A DNA stretch of 64,000 bases from Eledone cirrhosa (Eukaryota), in contig OZ024741.1 in the NCBI GenBank assembly GCA_964016885.1, positions 1,736,001 to 1,800,000 on the forward strand. The letters are read 5' to 3'. This document shows positions 25,401-40,400 of this stretch, one piece after another. Position 1 is the first letter of the stretch, and every line of letters begins with the position of its first letter. Under the pieces are notes generated by a model. The model searched no databases. It had not been told where the DNA came from and saw only the letters and a program-made list of their open reading frames with translations. Position numbers and translations under genes: made by a program.

Positions 25401-28400
25401 TACATGTCCTGGGTATATTGGTATATAGTATATAGACAGATGTTACCTCTCCTGGGTATATTGGTATATACTATATAGACTGGTGTAACCTCTACTGGGT
25501 ATATTGGTATATAGTATATAGACTGGGGTTACCTGTCCTGGGTATATTGGTATATACTATATAGACTGTTGTTTCCTCTCCTGGGTATATTGGTATATAG
25601 TATATAGACTGGTGTTACGTGTCCTGGGTATATTGGTATATAGTATATAGACTGGAGTTACCCTGTCCTCGGTATATTGGTATATAGTATATAGACTGGT
25701 GTTAGCTCTCCTGGCTATATTGGAATATAGTATATAGACTGGTGTTACCTGTCCTGAGTATATTGGTATATAGTAAATAGACAGGTGTTAGCTCTCCTGG
25801 GTATATTGGTATCTAGTATATAGACTGGTGTTACCTGTCCTGGGTATATTAGTATACAGTATATAGACTGGTGTTACCTTTCCTGGCTATATTGGTATAT
25901 AGTATATAGACTGGTCTAACCTGTCCTAGGTATATTGGTATATAGTAGATAGACTGGTGTTACCTGTCCTGGGTATATTGGTATATAGTATATAGACTGG
26001 TGTTACATCTCCTGGCTATATTGGTATATAGTATATAGACTGGTGTTACCTGTCCTGGGTATATTGGTATATAGTATATAGACTGGTGTTACATCTCCTG
26101 GGTATATTGGTATATACTATATAGACTGGTGTTACCTGTCCTGCGTATATTGGTTCATAGTATATAGACTGGTGTTACCTGTCCTGGATATATTGGTATA
26201 TAGTATATAGACTGGTGTTACCTGTCCGGGATATATTGGTTTATAGAATATAGACTGGTGTTACCTGTCGTGGGTATATTGGTATATAGTATATATACAG
26301 GTGTTAACTCTCCTGGATATATTGGTATATAGTATATAGACTGGTGTTATATTTCCTGGGTATATTGGTATATAGTATATAGACAGGTGTTAACTCTCGC
26401 AGGTATATTGGTATAAAGTATATAGAGTGGTGTTACCTGTCCTGGGTATAATGGTATATAGTATATAGACTGGTGTTACCTCTCATGGCTATAATGGTAT
26501 ATAGTATATAGACTGGTGTTACCTGTCCTGGGTATATTGGTATATAGTATATAAACTGGTGTTAGCTGTCCTGGGTATATTGGTATATAGTATATTGACT
26601 GGTGTTACCTCTCCTGGCTATATTGGTATATAGTACATAGACTGGTGTTACCTGTCCTGGGTATATTGGTATATAGTATATAGGCTGGTTTTACATGTCC
26701 CTGGTATATTGGTATATAGTATATAGACTGGTGTTACCTGTCCTGGGTATATTGGTATATAGTATATAGACAGGTGTTACCTCTCCAGGGTATATGTGTA
26801 TATAGTATATAGACTGGTGTTACCTGTCCTGGGTATATAGTATATAGATTGGTGTAACCTCTGCTGGGTATATTGGTGTATATTATATAGACTGGTGTTA
26901 CCTCTCCCTGGTATATTGGTATATAGTATATAGACAGGTGTTACCTGTCCTATGTATATTGGTATATAGTATATAGACTCGTGTTACCTCTCCTGGGTAT
27001 ATTGGTATATAGTATATAGGCTGGTGTTACCTCTCCTGGGTATATTAAATATAGTATATACACTGGTGTTACATCTACTGGGTATATTGGTATATAGTAT
27101 ATACACTGGTGTTACATCTCCTGGGTATATTGGTATATAGTATATAGACTGGCGTTACCCCTCCTGGGTATATTGGTATAAAGTATATAGACAGGTGTTA
27201 CCTGTCCTGGGTATATTGGTATAATGTATATAGACTGGTGTTACTCTGTCCTGGGTATATTGATATATAGTATATAGACTGGTGTAAACACTCCTGGGTA
27301 TATTGGTATATAGTATATAGACTGGGGTTACGTCTCGCAGGTACATTGGTATATAGTATATAGACTGGTGTTACCTCTCCTGGGTATATTGGTATATAGT
27401 ATATAGACTGGTATTACCTGTCCTGGGTATATTGGTATATAGTATATAGACTTGTGTTACCTGTCTTGGGTATATTTTATATAGTATATAGACTGGTGTT
27501 AACTGGCCTGGCTATATTGTTATATATTATATAGACTGGTGTTACCTGTTCTGGGTATATAGGTACATAGTATATAGACTGGTGTTACCTGTTCTGGCAA
27601 TATTGGTATATAGTATATAGACTGGTGTTACCTGTCCTGGGTGTATTGGTATATAGTATATAGACTGGTGTTACATCTCGCAGGTATATTGGTATATAGT
27701 ATATAGACCGGTGTTACCTGTCCTGGGTATATTGGTATATAGTACATAGACTGGTGTTACCTGTCCTGGGTATATAGGTATATAGTATATGGGCTGGTGT
27801 TACCTTTCCTGGGTATATTGGTATATAGTATATAGACTGGTGTTACCTGTCCTGGGTATATTGGTATATAGTATATAGACAGGTTTTACCTCTCCAGGGT
27901 ATATGTGTATATAGTATATAGACTGGTGTAACCTCTCCTGGGTATATTGGTGTATAGTATATAGACTGGTGTTACCTCTCCCTGGTATATTGGTATATAG
28001 CATATAGACAGGTGTTACCTGTCCTGGGTATATTGGTATATAGTATATAGACTCGTGTTACCTCTCCTGGGTATATTGGTATATAGTATATAGACTGGTG
28101 TTACATCTCCTGGGTATATTGGTATATAGTATATAGACTGGTGTTACCTGTCCTGCGTATATTTGTTTATAATATATAGACTGGTGTTACCTGTCCTGGG
28201 TATATTGGTATAAAGTATATAGACTGTTGTTACCTCTCCCTGTTATATTGTTATATAGTATATAGACTGGTGTTACCTGTCCTGGGTATATTGGTATATA
28301 GTATATACACTGGTGTTACCTGTCCTGGGTATATTGGTATATAGTATATAGACTGGTGTTATCTCTGCTGGCTATATTGGTATATAGTATATAGACTGGT

Positions 28401-31400
28401 GTTACCTGTCCTGGGTATATTGGTATATAGTATATAGACTGGAGTTACCTGTAGTGGGTATATTGGTATATAGTATATAGACTGGAGTTACCTGTAGTGG
28501 GTATATTGGTATATAGTATATAGAAAGGTGTTACATCTCCAGGGTATATTGGTATATAGTATATAGACTGGTGTTACCTGTCCTGGGTATATAGTATATA
28601 GACTGGTGTAACCTCTCCTGGGTATATTGCTGTATAGTATATAGACTGGTGTTACCTCTCACTGGTATATTGGTATATAGTATATAGACAGGTGTTACCT
28701 GCCCTGGGTATATTGGTATATAGTATATAGACTCGTGTTACCTCTCCTGTGTATATTGGTATATAGTATATAGACTGGTGTTACCTGTCCTAGGTATATT
28801 GGTATATAGTATATAGACTGGTGTTACCTGTCCTGTTGTATTGGTATATAGTATATAGACTGGTGTTACCTCTCCTGGGTATATTGGTATATAGTATATG
28901 GACTGGTATTACCTGTCCTGGGTATATTGGTATATAGTATATAGACTGGTGTTGCCTGTCCTGGTTATATTGGTATATAGTATATAGACTGGTGTTACCT
29001 CTCCTGGGTATATTGGTATATAGTATATAGACAGGTGTTACTTCGCCAGGTAATATTACTATATAGTATAGAGACTGGTGTTACCTGTTCTGGGTATATT
29101 GGTATATAGTATATAGACTGGTGTTACCTGTCTTCGGTATATTTTATATAGTATATAGACTGTTGTTACCTCTCCTGGGTATATTCGTATATAGTATATA
29201 GATTGGTGTTACCTGTCCTGGGTGTATTGGTATATAGTATATAGACGGTGTTACCTTCCTGGGTATATTGTTATATAGCATATAGACTGGTCTTACCTAT
29301 CCTGGGTATATTGTTATATAGTATATAGACTGGTGTTACCTCTCCTTGGTATAGTGGAATATAGTATATACTCTGGGGTTACCTGTCCTGGGTATATTGG
29401 TATATAGTATATAGATTGTGTAACATCTCCTGGGTATATAGGTATATAGTATATAGACTGGTGTTACCAGTCCTGGGTATATTGGTAGATAGTATATAGA
29501 CTGGTGTTACCTCTCCTGGTTATATAGTATATAGACTGGTGTAACCTCTCTTGGGTATATTGATATATAGGATATAGACTGGTGTTACCACTCCCTGGTA
29601 TATTGGTATATAGTATATAGACAGGTGTTACCTGTCCTGGGTATATTGGTATATAGTATATAGACTCGTGTTACCTCTCCTAGGTATATTGGTATATAGT
29701 ATATAGACTGGTGTTACCTCACCCTAGTATATTGGTATATAGTATATAGCCTGGGGTTACCTGTCCTGGATATATTGGTATATAGTATATAGACTGGTGG
29801 TACCTGTCCTGGGTATATTGGTATATAGTATATAGGCTGGTGATACCTCTCCTGGGTATATTGGTATATAGTATATAGACTGGTTTTACCTGTGATGGTT
29901 ATATTTGTATATAGTATATAGACAGGTGTAACCTCTCCTGGGTATATTGGTATATAGTATAGACAGGTGTTACCTCTACAGGGTATATTAGTATATAGTA
30001 TATAGACTGGTTTTACCTGTCCTGGGTATATTGGTATATAGTATATAGACTGGTTTTTCCTATCCTGGGTATATTGGTATATAGCATATAGACTGGTTTT
30101 ACCTCTCCTGGCTATATATGTACATAGTATATAGACTTGTGTTACCTGTCCTGGGTATATTGGTATATAGTATATAGACTGGTGTTACCCTGTCCTGTGT
30201 ATATTGGTATATAGTATATAGACTGGTGTTACCTCTCCCTAGTATATTGGTATATAGGATATAGACTGGTGTTACCTATCCTGGGTATATTGGTATATAT
30301 TATATAGACTGGTGTTACCTGTCCTGGGTATATTGGTATATAGTATATAGACAGGTGTTACCTGTCCTGGGTATATTGGTATATAGTATATAGACTGGTG
30401 TTACATCTTCCTAGTATATTGGTATATAGTATATAGACTGGTGTTATCTCTCCCATGTATATTGGTATATAGTATATAGACTGGTGTTACCTCTCCAGGG
30501 TATATTAGTATATAGTATATAGACTGGTGTTACCTGTCCTGGGTATATTGGTATATAGTATATAGACTGGTGTCACCTGTCCTGGGTATATTGGTATATA
30601 GTATATAGACTGGTGTTACCTCTCCTGGGTATATTGGTATATAGTATATAGACTGGTGTTAACTCTCCCAGGTATATTAGTATATAGTATATAGACAGGT
30701 GTCACCTGTCCTGGGTATATTGGTATATAGAATATAGACTGGTGTTACCTCTGCTGGGTATATTAGTATATAGTATATAGACTGGTGTTACCTCTCCCTA
30801 GTATAATGGTATATAGTTTATAGACTGGTTCCTGGGTATATTGGTATATAGTATATAGACAGGTGTTACATCTCCCTAGTATATTGGTATATAGTATATA
30901 GACTGGTGTTATCTCTCCCATGTATATTGGTATATAGTATATAGACTGGTGTTACCTCTCCAGGGTATATTAGTATATAGTATATAGACTGGTGTTACAT
31001 GTCTTGGGTATATTGGTATATAGTATATAGACTGGTTATACCTGTCCTGGGTATATTGGTATATAGTATATAGACTGGTGTTAACTCTCCCAGGTATATT
31101 GGTATATAGTATATAGACAGGTGTTACCTCGCTAGGGTATATTTTTATATAGTATATAGACTGGTGTTACCTCTCCCAGGTATATTGGTATATAGTATAT
31201 AGACAGGAGTTACCTCTCCAGGGTATATTGGTATATAGTATATAGACTGGGGTTACCTGTCCTGGGTATATTGGTATATAGTATATAGACTGGTGTTACC
31301 TGTCCTGGGTATATTGGTATATAGTATATAGCCAGGTGTTACCCTGTCCTGGGTATATTGGTATATAGTATATAGACAGGTGTTACCTCTCCCAGGTATA

Positions 31401-34400
31401 TTGGTATATAGTATATAGACTGGGGTTACCTGTCCTAGGTATATTGGTATATAGTATATAGACTGGTGTTACGTCTCCTGGGTATATTGGTATGTAGTAT
31501 ATAGAGTGGTGTTACACTGTTATGGCTATATTGGTATATAGTATATAGACTGGTGTTACCTCTCCCTAGTGTATTGGTATATAGTATATAGACAGGTGTT
31601 ACCTGCTCTGGGTATATTGATATATCGTATATAGACTGGTTTTACATCTCCCAGGTATATTGGTATATAGTAGATAGACAGGTGTTACCTCTCCAGGGTA
31701 TATTTTTATATAGTATATAGACAGGTGTTACCTCTCCTGGGTATATTGGTATATAGTATATAGACTGGTGTTACCTCTCCCAGGTATATTGCTATATAGT
31801 ATATAGACTGGTGTTATCTCTCCCAGGTATATTGGTATATAGTATATAGACAGGTGTTACCTCTCCCAGGTATATTGGTATATATTATATAGACTGGGGT
31901 TACCTGTCCTGGGTATATTGGTATATAGTATATAGACAGGTGTTACCTCTCCCAGGTATATTGGTATATAGTATATAGACTGGTGTTACGTCTCATGGGT
32001 ATATTGGTATATAGTATATAGAGTGGTGTAACCCTGTTATGGGTATATTGGTATATAGTATATAGACTGGTGTAACCCTGTTATGGGTATATTGGTATAT
32101 AGTATATAGATTTGTTTTACCTCTCCAGGGTATATTGGTATATAGTATATAGATTGGTGTTACCTGTCCTGGGTATATTGGTATATAGTATATAGACTGG
32201 TGTGACCTCTCCGGGGTATATTGGTATATAGTATATAGACTGGTGTTACTCTGTCCTGGGTACATTGGTATATAGTATATTCACTGGTGTTACCTCTCCC
32301 TGGTATGTTGCTATATAGTATATAGACTAGTGTTACCTGTCCTGGTTATATTGGTATATAGTATAAAGACGGGTATAACCGCTCCAGGGTACAATGGTAT
32401 ATATTATATAAACTGGGGTTACCTATCCTGGGTATATTGGTATATAGTATATAGACTCGTGTTACCTCTATTGGTATATTGGTTTATAGTATATAGACTG
32501 GTGTTATCTGTCCTGGATATATTGGTATATAGTATATAGACTGGTGTTACCTCTCCTGGGTATATTGGTATATTTTATATTGACTGGTGTTACCTGTGCT
32601 TGGTATATTGGTATATAGTATATAGACTGGTGTTACCTCTCCTGGGTATATTGGTATATAGTATATAGACTGGTGTTACCTGTATGGATATATTGGTATA
32701 TAGTATTTAGACTTGTGATATATTCTCCTGGGTATAATGATATATAGTATATAGACATGTTTTACATCTCCTGGGTATATTGGTATATAGTATATAGACT
32801 GGTGTTACCTGTCCTGGGTATAATAGTATATAGTATATAGACTGCCGTTACCTGTCCTGGGTATATTGGTATATAGTATATAGACTGGTGTTACCTCTCC
32901 TGGGTATATTGGTATATAGTATATAGACTGGTGTTACCTCGCCTGGGTATATTGGTATATAGTATATAGACTGGTGTTACCTCTCCTGGGTATATTGGTA
33001 TATAGTATATAGACTGGTGTTACGTCGCTTGGGTATATTGGTATATAGTATATAGACTGGTGTTACCTCTCCTGGGTATATTGGTATATAGTATATAGAC
33101 TGCTGTTACCTGTCCTGGGTATATTGGTTTATAGTATATAGATTGGTGTTACCTGTCCTGGGTATATTGGTATATAGTATATAGACTGCTGTTACCTGTC
33201 CTGGGTATATTGGTATATTGTATATAGACTGGTGTTACCTCTCCTGGGTATATTGGTATATAGTATATAGACTGGTGTTACCTCGCCTGGGTATATTGGT
33301 ATATAGTATATAGACTGGTGTTACCTGTCCTGGGTATATTGGTATATAGTATATAGACATGTGTTACCTGTCCAGGGTATATTGGTATATAGTATATAGA
33401 CTGGTGTTTCCTGTCCTGGGTATATTGGTTTGTAGTATATAGACTTGTGTTACCTGTCCTGGGTATATTGGTATATAGTATATAGATTGCTGTTACCTGT
33501 CCTGGGTATATTGGTATATAGTATATAGACTGGTGTTACCTCACCTGGGTATATTGGTCTATAGTATATAGACTGGTGTTACCCTGTCCTGGGTATATTG
33601 GTATATAGTATATAGACTGGAGTTACCTGTCCTGGGTATATTGGTATATAGTATATAGACTGGTGTTACGTGTCCTGGGTATATTGGTATATAGTATATA
33701 GACTGGTGTTACCCTGTCCTGGGTATATTGTTATATTGTATATAGACTGGTGTTACCTCTCGTGGGTATATTGGTATATAGTATATAGACTGGTGTTTCC
33801 TCTGCTGGGTATATTGGTATATAGTATATAGACTGGTGTTACCCTATCCTGGGTATATTGGTATAGTGTATATAGACTGGTATTACCTCTCCTGGGTATA
33901 TTGGTATATAGTATATAGACTGGTGTTACCTCTCCTGGGTATATCGGTATATAGTATATAAACTGGTGTTACCTCTCCTGGGTTTATTGCTATATAGTAT
34001 ATATATTCATATTACCTCTCCTGGGTATATTGGTATATAGTATATAGACTGGTGGTATATTCTCCTGGGTATAATGATATATAGTATATAGACAGATTTT
34101 ACATCTCCTGGGTATATTGGTATATAGTATATAGACAGGAGTTACCTCTCCTTGGTATATTGGTATATAGTATATAGACTGGTGTTACCTGTCCTGTGTA
34201 TATTGGTATATAGTATATAGACTGGTGTTTCCTGTCCTGGGTATATTGGTATATAGTAGAAAAACTGGTGTTACCTCTCCTGGGTATATTGGTATATAGT
34301 ATATAGACTGGTGTTACCTCGCCTGGGTATATTGGTATATAGTATATAGACTGGTGGTACCTCTACTGGGTATATTGGTATATAGTATATAGACTGGTTT

Positions 34401-37400
34401 TACCTGTCCTGGGTATATTGGTATGTAGTATATAGACTTGTGTTACCTGTCCTGGGTATATTGGTATATAGTATATAGACTGCTGTTACCTGTCCTGCGT
34501 ATATTGGTATATAGTATATAGACTGGTGTTGCCCTGTCCTGGGTATATTGGTATACAGTATATAGACTGGTTTAACCTCTCCAGGGTATAATGGTTTATA
34601 TTATATAGACTGGGGTTACCTGTCCTGGGTATATTGGTATATAGTATATAGACTGTTGTTACCCCTCCTGGGTATATTGGTATATAGTATATAGACTGGT
34701 GTTACCTGTGCTGGGTATATTGGTTTATAGTATATAGACTGGTGTTACCCTGTCCTGGGTATATTGGTATATAGTATATAGACTGGTGTTACCTCTCCTG
34801 GGAATATTGGTATATAGTATATAGACTGGTGTTACCTGTCCTGGGTATATTGGTATATAGTATATAGACTGCTGTTACCCTGTCCTGGGTATATTGTTAT
34901 ATAATATATAGATTGGTGTTACCTCTCCTGGGTATATTGGTATATAGTATATAGACTGGTGTTACCCTGTCCTGGGTATATTGGTATATAGTATATAGGC
35001 TGGTGTTACCTCTCCTGGTATATTGGTTTATAGCATATAGACTGGTGTTACCTCTCCCTGGTATATCGGTATATAGTATATAGACTGGTGTTACCTGTCC
35101 TGGGTATATTGCTATATAGTATATAGACTGGTGTTACTTCTCCTAGGGATATTGGTATATAGTATATAGACAGGTGTTACCTCTCCAGGTTATATTGGTA
35201 TATTATATATAGACTGGTGTTAACTGCCCTGGGTATATTGGTATATAGTATGTAGACTGGTGTTACCTGTCCTGGGTATATTAGTATATAGTATATAGAC
35301 TGGTGTTACCTGTCCTGGGTATATTGGTATATAGTATATAGACTGGTGTTACCTCTCCTAGGTATATTGGTATATATTATATAGATTGGTGTTACCTCTT
35401 CTAGGTATATTGGTATATAGTATATAGAATGGTTTTACATTTCCTGGGTATATTGTTATATAGTATATAGACTGGTGTTACCTGACCTAGGTATATTGGT
35501 ATATAGTATATAGACTTGGATTACCTGTCCTGGTTATATTGGTATATAGTATTTAGACAGGTGTTACCTCTCCCAGGTATATTGGTATATAGTATATAGA
35601 CTGGTGCTACGTCTCCTGGGTATATTGGTATATAGTACATAGTCTGGTGTTGCCCTGTACTGGGTATATTGGTATATAGTATATAGACTGGTTTTACCTC
35701 TCCTGGGTATATTGGTATATAGTATATAGACATGTGTTACCTCTCCCAGGTGTATTGGTATATAGCATATAGGCTGGTGTAACCTGTCCTGGGCATATTG
35801 GTATATAGTATATAGACAAGTGTTACCCCTTCTGGGTATATTGGTATATAGTATATAGACTGGTGTTACCTCTCCTGGTTATATTGGTATATAGTTTATA
35901 GGTTGGTGTTACCTGTACTGGGTATATTCGTATATAGTATATATACTGGTGTTACCTATCCTGGCAATATTGGTATATAGTATATAGACTTGTGTTACCT
36001 CTCCCTGGTATATCGGTATATAGTATATAGACTGGTGTTACCCTGTCCTGGGTATATTGGTATATAGTATATAGACTGGTGTTACTTCTCCTGGGTATAA
36101 TAGTATATAGTATATAGATTGTTGTTACCTGTCCTGGGTATATTGATATATAGTATATAGACTGGTGTTACCTACCCTGGGTATCTTGGTATATAGTATA
36201 TATACTGGTGTTACCTATCCTGGCAATATTGGTATATAGTATATAGATTTGTGTTACCTCTCCCTGGTATATCGGTATATAGTATATAGACTGGTGTTAA
36301 CCTGTCCTGTGTATATTGGTATATAGTATATTGACTGGTGTTACCTCTACCCGGTATATTGGTATATAGTATATAGACTGGTGTTACCTGTCCTGGTTAT
36401 ATTGGTATATAGTATATAGTCTGGTGTTACCTGTCCTGGTTATATTGGCATATAGTATATAGACTGGTGTTAACTGTCCTGGGTATATTGGTATATAGTA
36501 TATAGACTGTTGTTCCTTCTCCCTGGTATATTTTAGTATATAGTATATAGACTGGTGTTACCTCTGTGGGTATATTGGTATATACTATATAGACTGGTGT
36601 TACCTCTCCTGGGTTTATTGGTATATTTTATATTGACTGGTGTTACCTGTTCTGGGTATAAGAGTATGTAGTATATAGACTTGTGTTTCCTCTCCTGGGT
36701 ATATTGTTATATAGTATATAGACTGCTGTTACCTGTCCTGGGTATATTGGTATATAGTATATAGACTGGTGTTACCTCTCCTGGGTATATTGGTATATAG
36801 TATATAGACTGGTGTTACGTCGCCTGGGTATATTGGTATATAGTATATAGACAGGTGTTATCTCTCGAGGGTATATTAGTATATAGTATATAGACTGGTG
36901 TTACCTCTCCTGGGTATATTGATATATATTATATAGACTGGTGTTACCTATCCTGGGTATATTGGTATATAGTATATAGACTGGTGTTACCTCTCCTGGA
37001 TACATTGGTATATAGTATATAGACTGGTGTTACCTCACCTGTGTATATTGGTATATAGTATATAGACTGGTGTTACCTCTCCCTGGTATATTGGTATATA
37101 GTATATAGACTGGTGTTACCTGTCCTGGGTATATTGGTATATAGTATATTAGCTGGTGATACCTGTCCTGGGTATATTGGTATATAGTATATAGACAGCT
37201 GTTACCTTTCCTGGGTATATTGGTATATAGTATATAGACTGCTGTTACCCGACCCTGGTATATTCGTATATAGTATATAGACTGGTGTTACTTGTCCTGG
37301 ATATATTGGTATATAGTATATAGACTGGTGTTACCTCTCCTCGGTATATTGGTATATATTATATAGACTGGTGTTACTTGTCCTGGGTATATTGGAATAT

Positions 37401-40400
37401 AGTATATAGACTGGTTTTACTTCTCCCTGGTATATTGGTATATAGTATATAGACTGGGGTTACCTGTCCTGGGTGTATTGGTATATAGTATATAGACTGG
37501 TGTTACCTGTCCTGGGTATATTGGTATATTGGTATATAGTATATAGACTGGTGTTACTTGTCCTGGATATATTGGTATATAGTATATAGACTGGTGTTAC
37601 CTCTCCTCGGTATATTGGTATATATTATATAGACTGGTGTTACTTGTCCTGGGTATATTGTTATATAATATATAGACTGGTGTTACCTCTCCCTGGTATA
37701 TTGGTATATATTATATAGTCTGGTGTTACCTGTCCTCGGTATATTGGTATATAGTATATAGAGAGGTGTTACGTGTCCTGGCTATATTGGTATATAGTAT
37801 ATAGTCTGGTGTTACTCTGTCCTGGGTACATTGGTATATAGTATATTGACTGGTGTTACCTCTCCATGGTATGTTGGTATATTATATATAGACTGGTGTT
37901 ACCTGTCCTGGTTATATTGGTATATAGTATATAGCCAGGTGTTGCCTGTCCTTGGTATATTGGTATATAGTATATAGACTGGTGTTATCTCTACGGGGTA
38001 TATTGGTATATTGTATATAGACTGTTCTTATCTGTCCTGGATATATTGGTATATAGTATATAGATGGGTATAACCTCTCCAGGGTATAATGGTATATATT
38101 ATATAGACTGGGGTTACCTATCCTGGGTATATTGGTATATAGTATATAGACTGGTGTTACCTCTATTGGTATATTTGTTTATAGTATATAGACTGGTGTT
38201 ATCTGCCCTGGATATATTGGTATATAGTATATAGTCTGGTGTTACCTCTCCTGGGTATATTGGTATATTTTATATTGACTGGTGTTACCTGTCCTGGGTA
38301 TATTGGTATATAGTATATAGACTAGTGTTACCTCTCCTGGGTATATTGGTATATAGTATATAGACTGTTGTTACCTGTATGGATATATTGGTATATAGTA
38401 TATAGACTGGTGTTATATTCTCCTGGGTATAATGATATATAGTATATAGACAGGTTTTACATCTGCTGGGTATATTGTTATATAGTATATAGACAGGTGT
38501 TACCTCTCCTGGGTATATTGGTATATAGTATATAGACTGCTGTTACCTGTCCTCGGTATATTGGTATATAGTATATAGACTGGTGTTACCTCTCCTGGGT
38601 ATATTGGTATATAGTATATAGACTGGTTTAACCTCGCCTGGGTATATTGGTATATAGTATATAGACTGGTGTTACCTCTCCTGGGTATATTGGTATATAT
38701 TATATCGACTGGTGTTACCTGTCCTGGGTATATTGGTATATAGTATATAGACTGGTGTTACCTCGCTTGGGTATATTGGTATATAGTATATAGACTAGTG
38801 TTACCTCTCCTGGGTATATTGGTATATAGTATATAGACTGGTGTTACTTGTCTTGGGTATATTGGTATATAGTATATAGACTGGTGTTACCTGTCCTGGG
38901 TATATTGGTATATAGTATATAGACTGCTGTTACCTGTCCTGGGTATATTGGTATATAGTATATAGACTGGTGTTACCTCTCCTGGGTATATTGGTATATA
39001 GTATATAGACTGGTGTTACCTCGCCTGTTTATATTGATATATAGCATATAGACTGGTGTTACCTCTCCTGGGTATATTGGTATATAGTATATAGACTGGT
39101 GTTACCTGTCCTGGGTATATTGTTATATATTATATAGACTCGTGTTACCTGTCCTGGATATATTGGTATATAGTATATAGACTGGGGTTACCTGTCCTGG
39201 TTATATTGGTATATGGTATATAGACTGGTTTTACATGTCCTGGGTATATTGGTATATAGTATATAGACTGCTGTTACCCGACCCTGGTATATTCGTATAT
39301 AGTATATAGACTGGTGTTACCTGTCCTGGTTATATTGTTATATAATATATAGACTGGTGTTACCTCTCCCTGGTATATTGGTATATAGTATATAGTCTGG
39401 TGTTACCTGTCCTCGGTATATTGGTATATAGTATATAGAGAGGTGTTACGTGTCCTGGCTATATTGGTATATAGTATATAGACTGGTGTTACTCTGTCCT
39501 GGGTACATTGGTGTATAGTATATTGACTGGTGTTACCTCTCCATGGTATGTTGGTATATAGTATATAGACTGGTGTTACCTGTCCTGGTTATATTGGTAT
39601 ATAGTATATAGCCTGGTGTTACCTGTCCTGGGTATATTGGTATATAGTATATAGACTGGTGTTACCTCTACGGGCTATATTGGTATATTGTATATAGACT
39701 GTTGTTATCTGTCCTGGGTATATTGGTATATAGTATATAGACAGCTGTTACCTTTCCTGGGTATATTGGTATATAGTATATAGACTGCTGTTACCCGTCC
39801 CTGGTATATTCGTATATAGTATATAGACTGGTGTTACCTGTCCTGGATATATTGGTATATAGTATATAGTCTGGTGTTACCTGTCCTCGGTATATTGGTA
39901 TATAGTATATAGACTGGTGTTACATCTCCTGGGTATATTGGTATATATTATATAGACTGGTGTTACTTGTCCTGGGTATATTGGAATATAGTATATAGAC
40001 TGGTGTTACTTCTCCCTGGTATATTGGTATATAGTATATAGACTGGTGTTACCTGTCCTGGGTATATTGGTATATAGTATATAGACTGGTGTTACCTGTC
40101 CTGGGTATATTGGTATATTGGTATATAGTATATAGACTGGTGTTACCTCTCCCTTTTATATTGGTATATAGTATATAGTCTAGTGTTACCTGTCCTAGGT
40201 ATATTGGTATATAGTATATAGACTGGTGTTACCTGTCCTGGGTATATTGGTATATAGTATATATACTGGTGTTACCTGTCCTGGGTATATTGTTATATAA
40301 TATATTGACTGGTGTTACCTCTCCCTGTTATATTGGTATATAGTATATAGTCTGGTGTTACCTGTCCTCGGTATATTGGTATATAGTATATATAGAGGTG

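Noticed and set aside
16946-35733. Y/I/P/T-rich ORFs in the satellite (16946, 16989, 27155, 27800, 31993, 32330, 35521)
   Set aside because: They are translations of the 43-bp monomer cycling through frames (YYIPIYPG, TPVYILYTNIP, TSLYTIYQYTQ), 60-90 aa long, opened by chance loss of stop codons.
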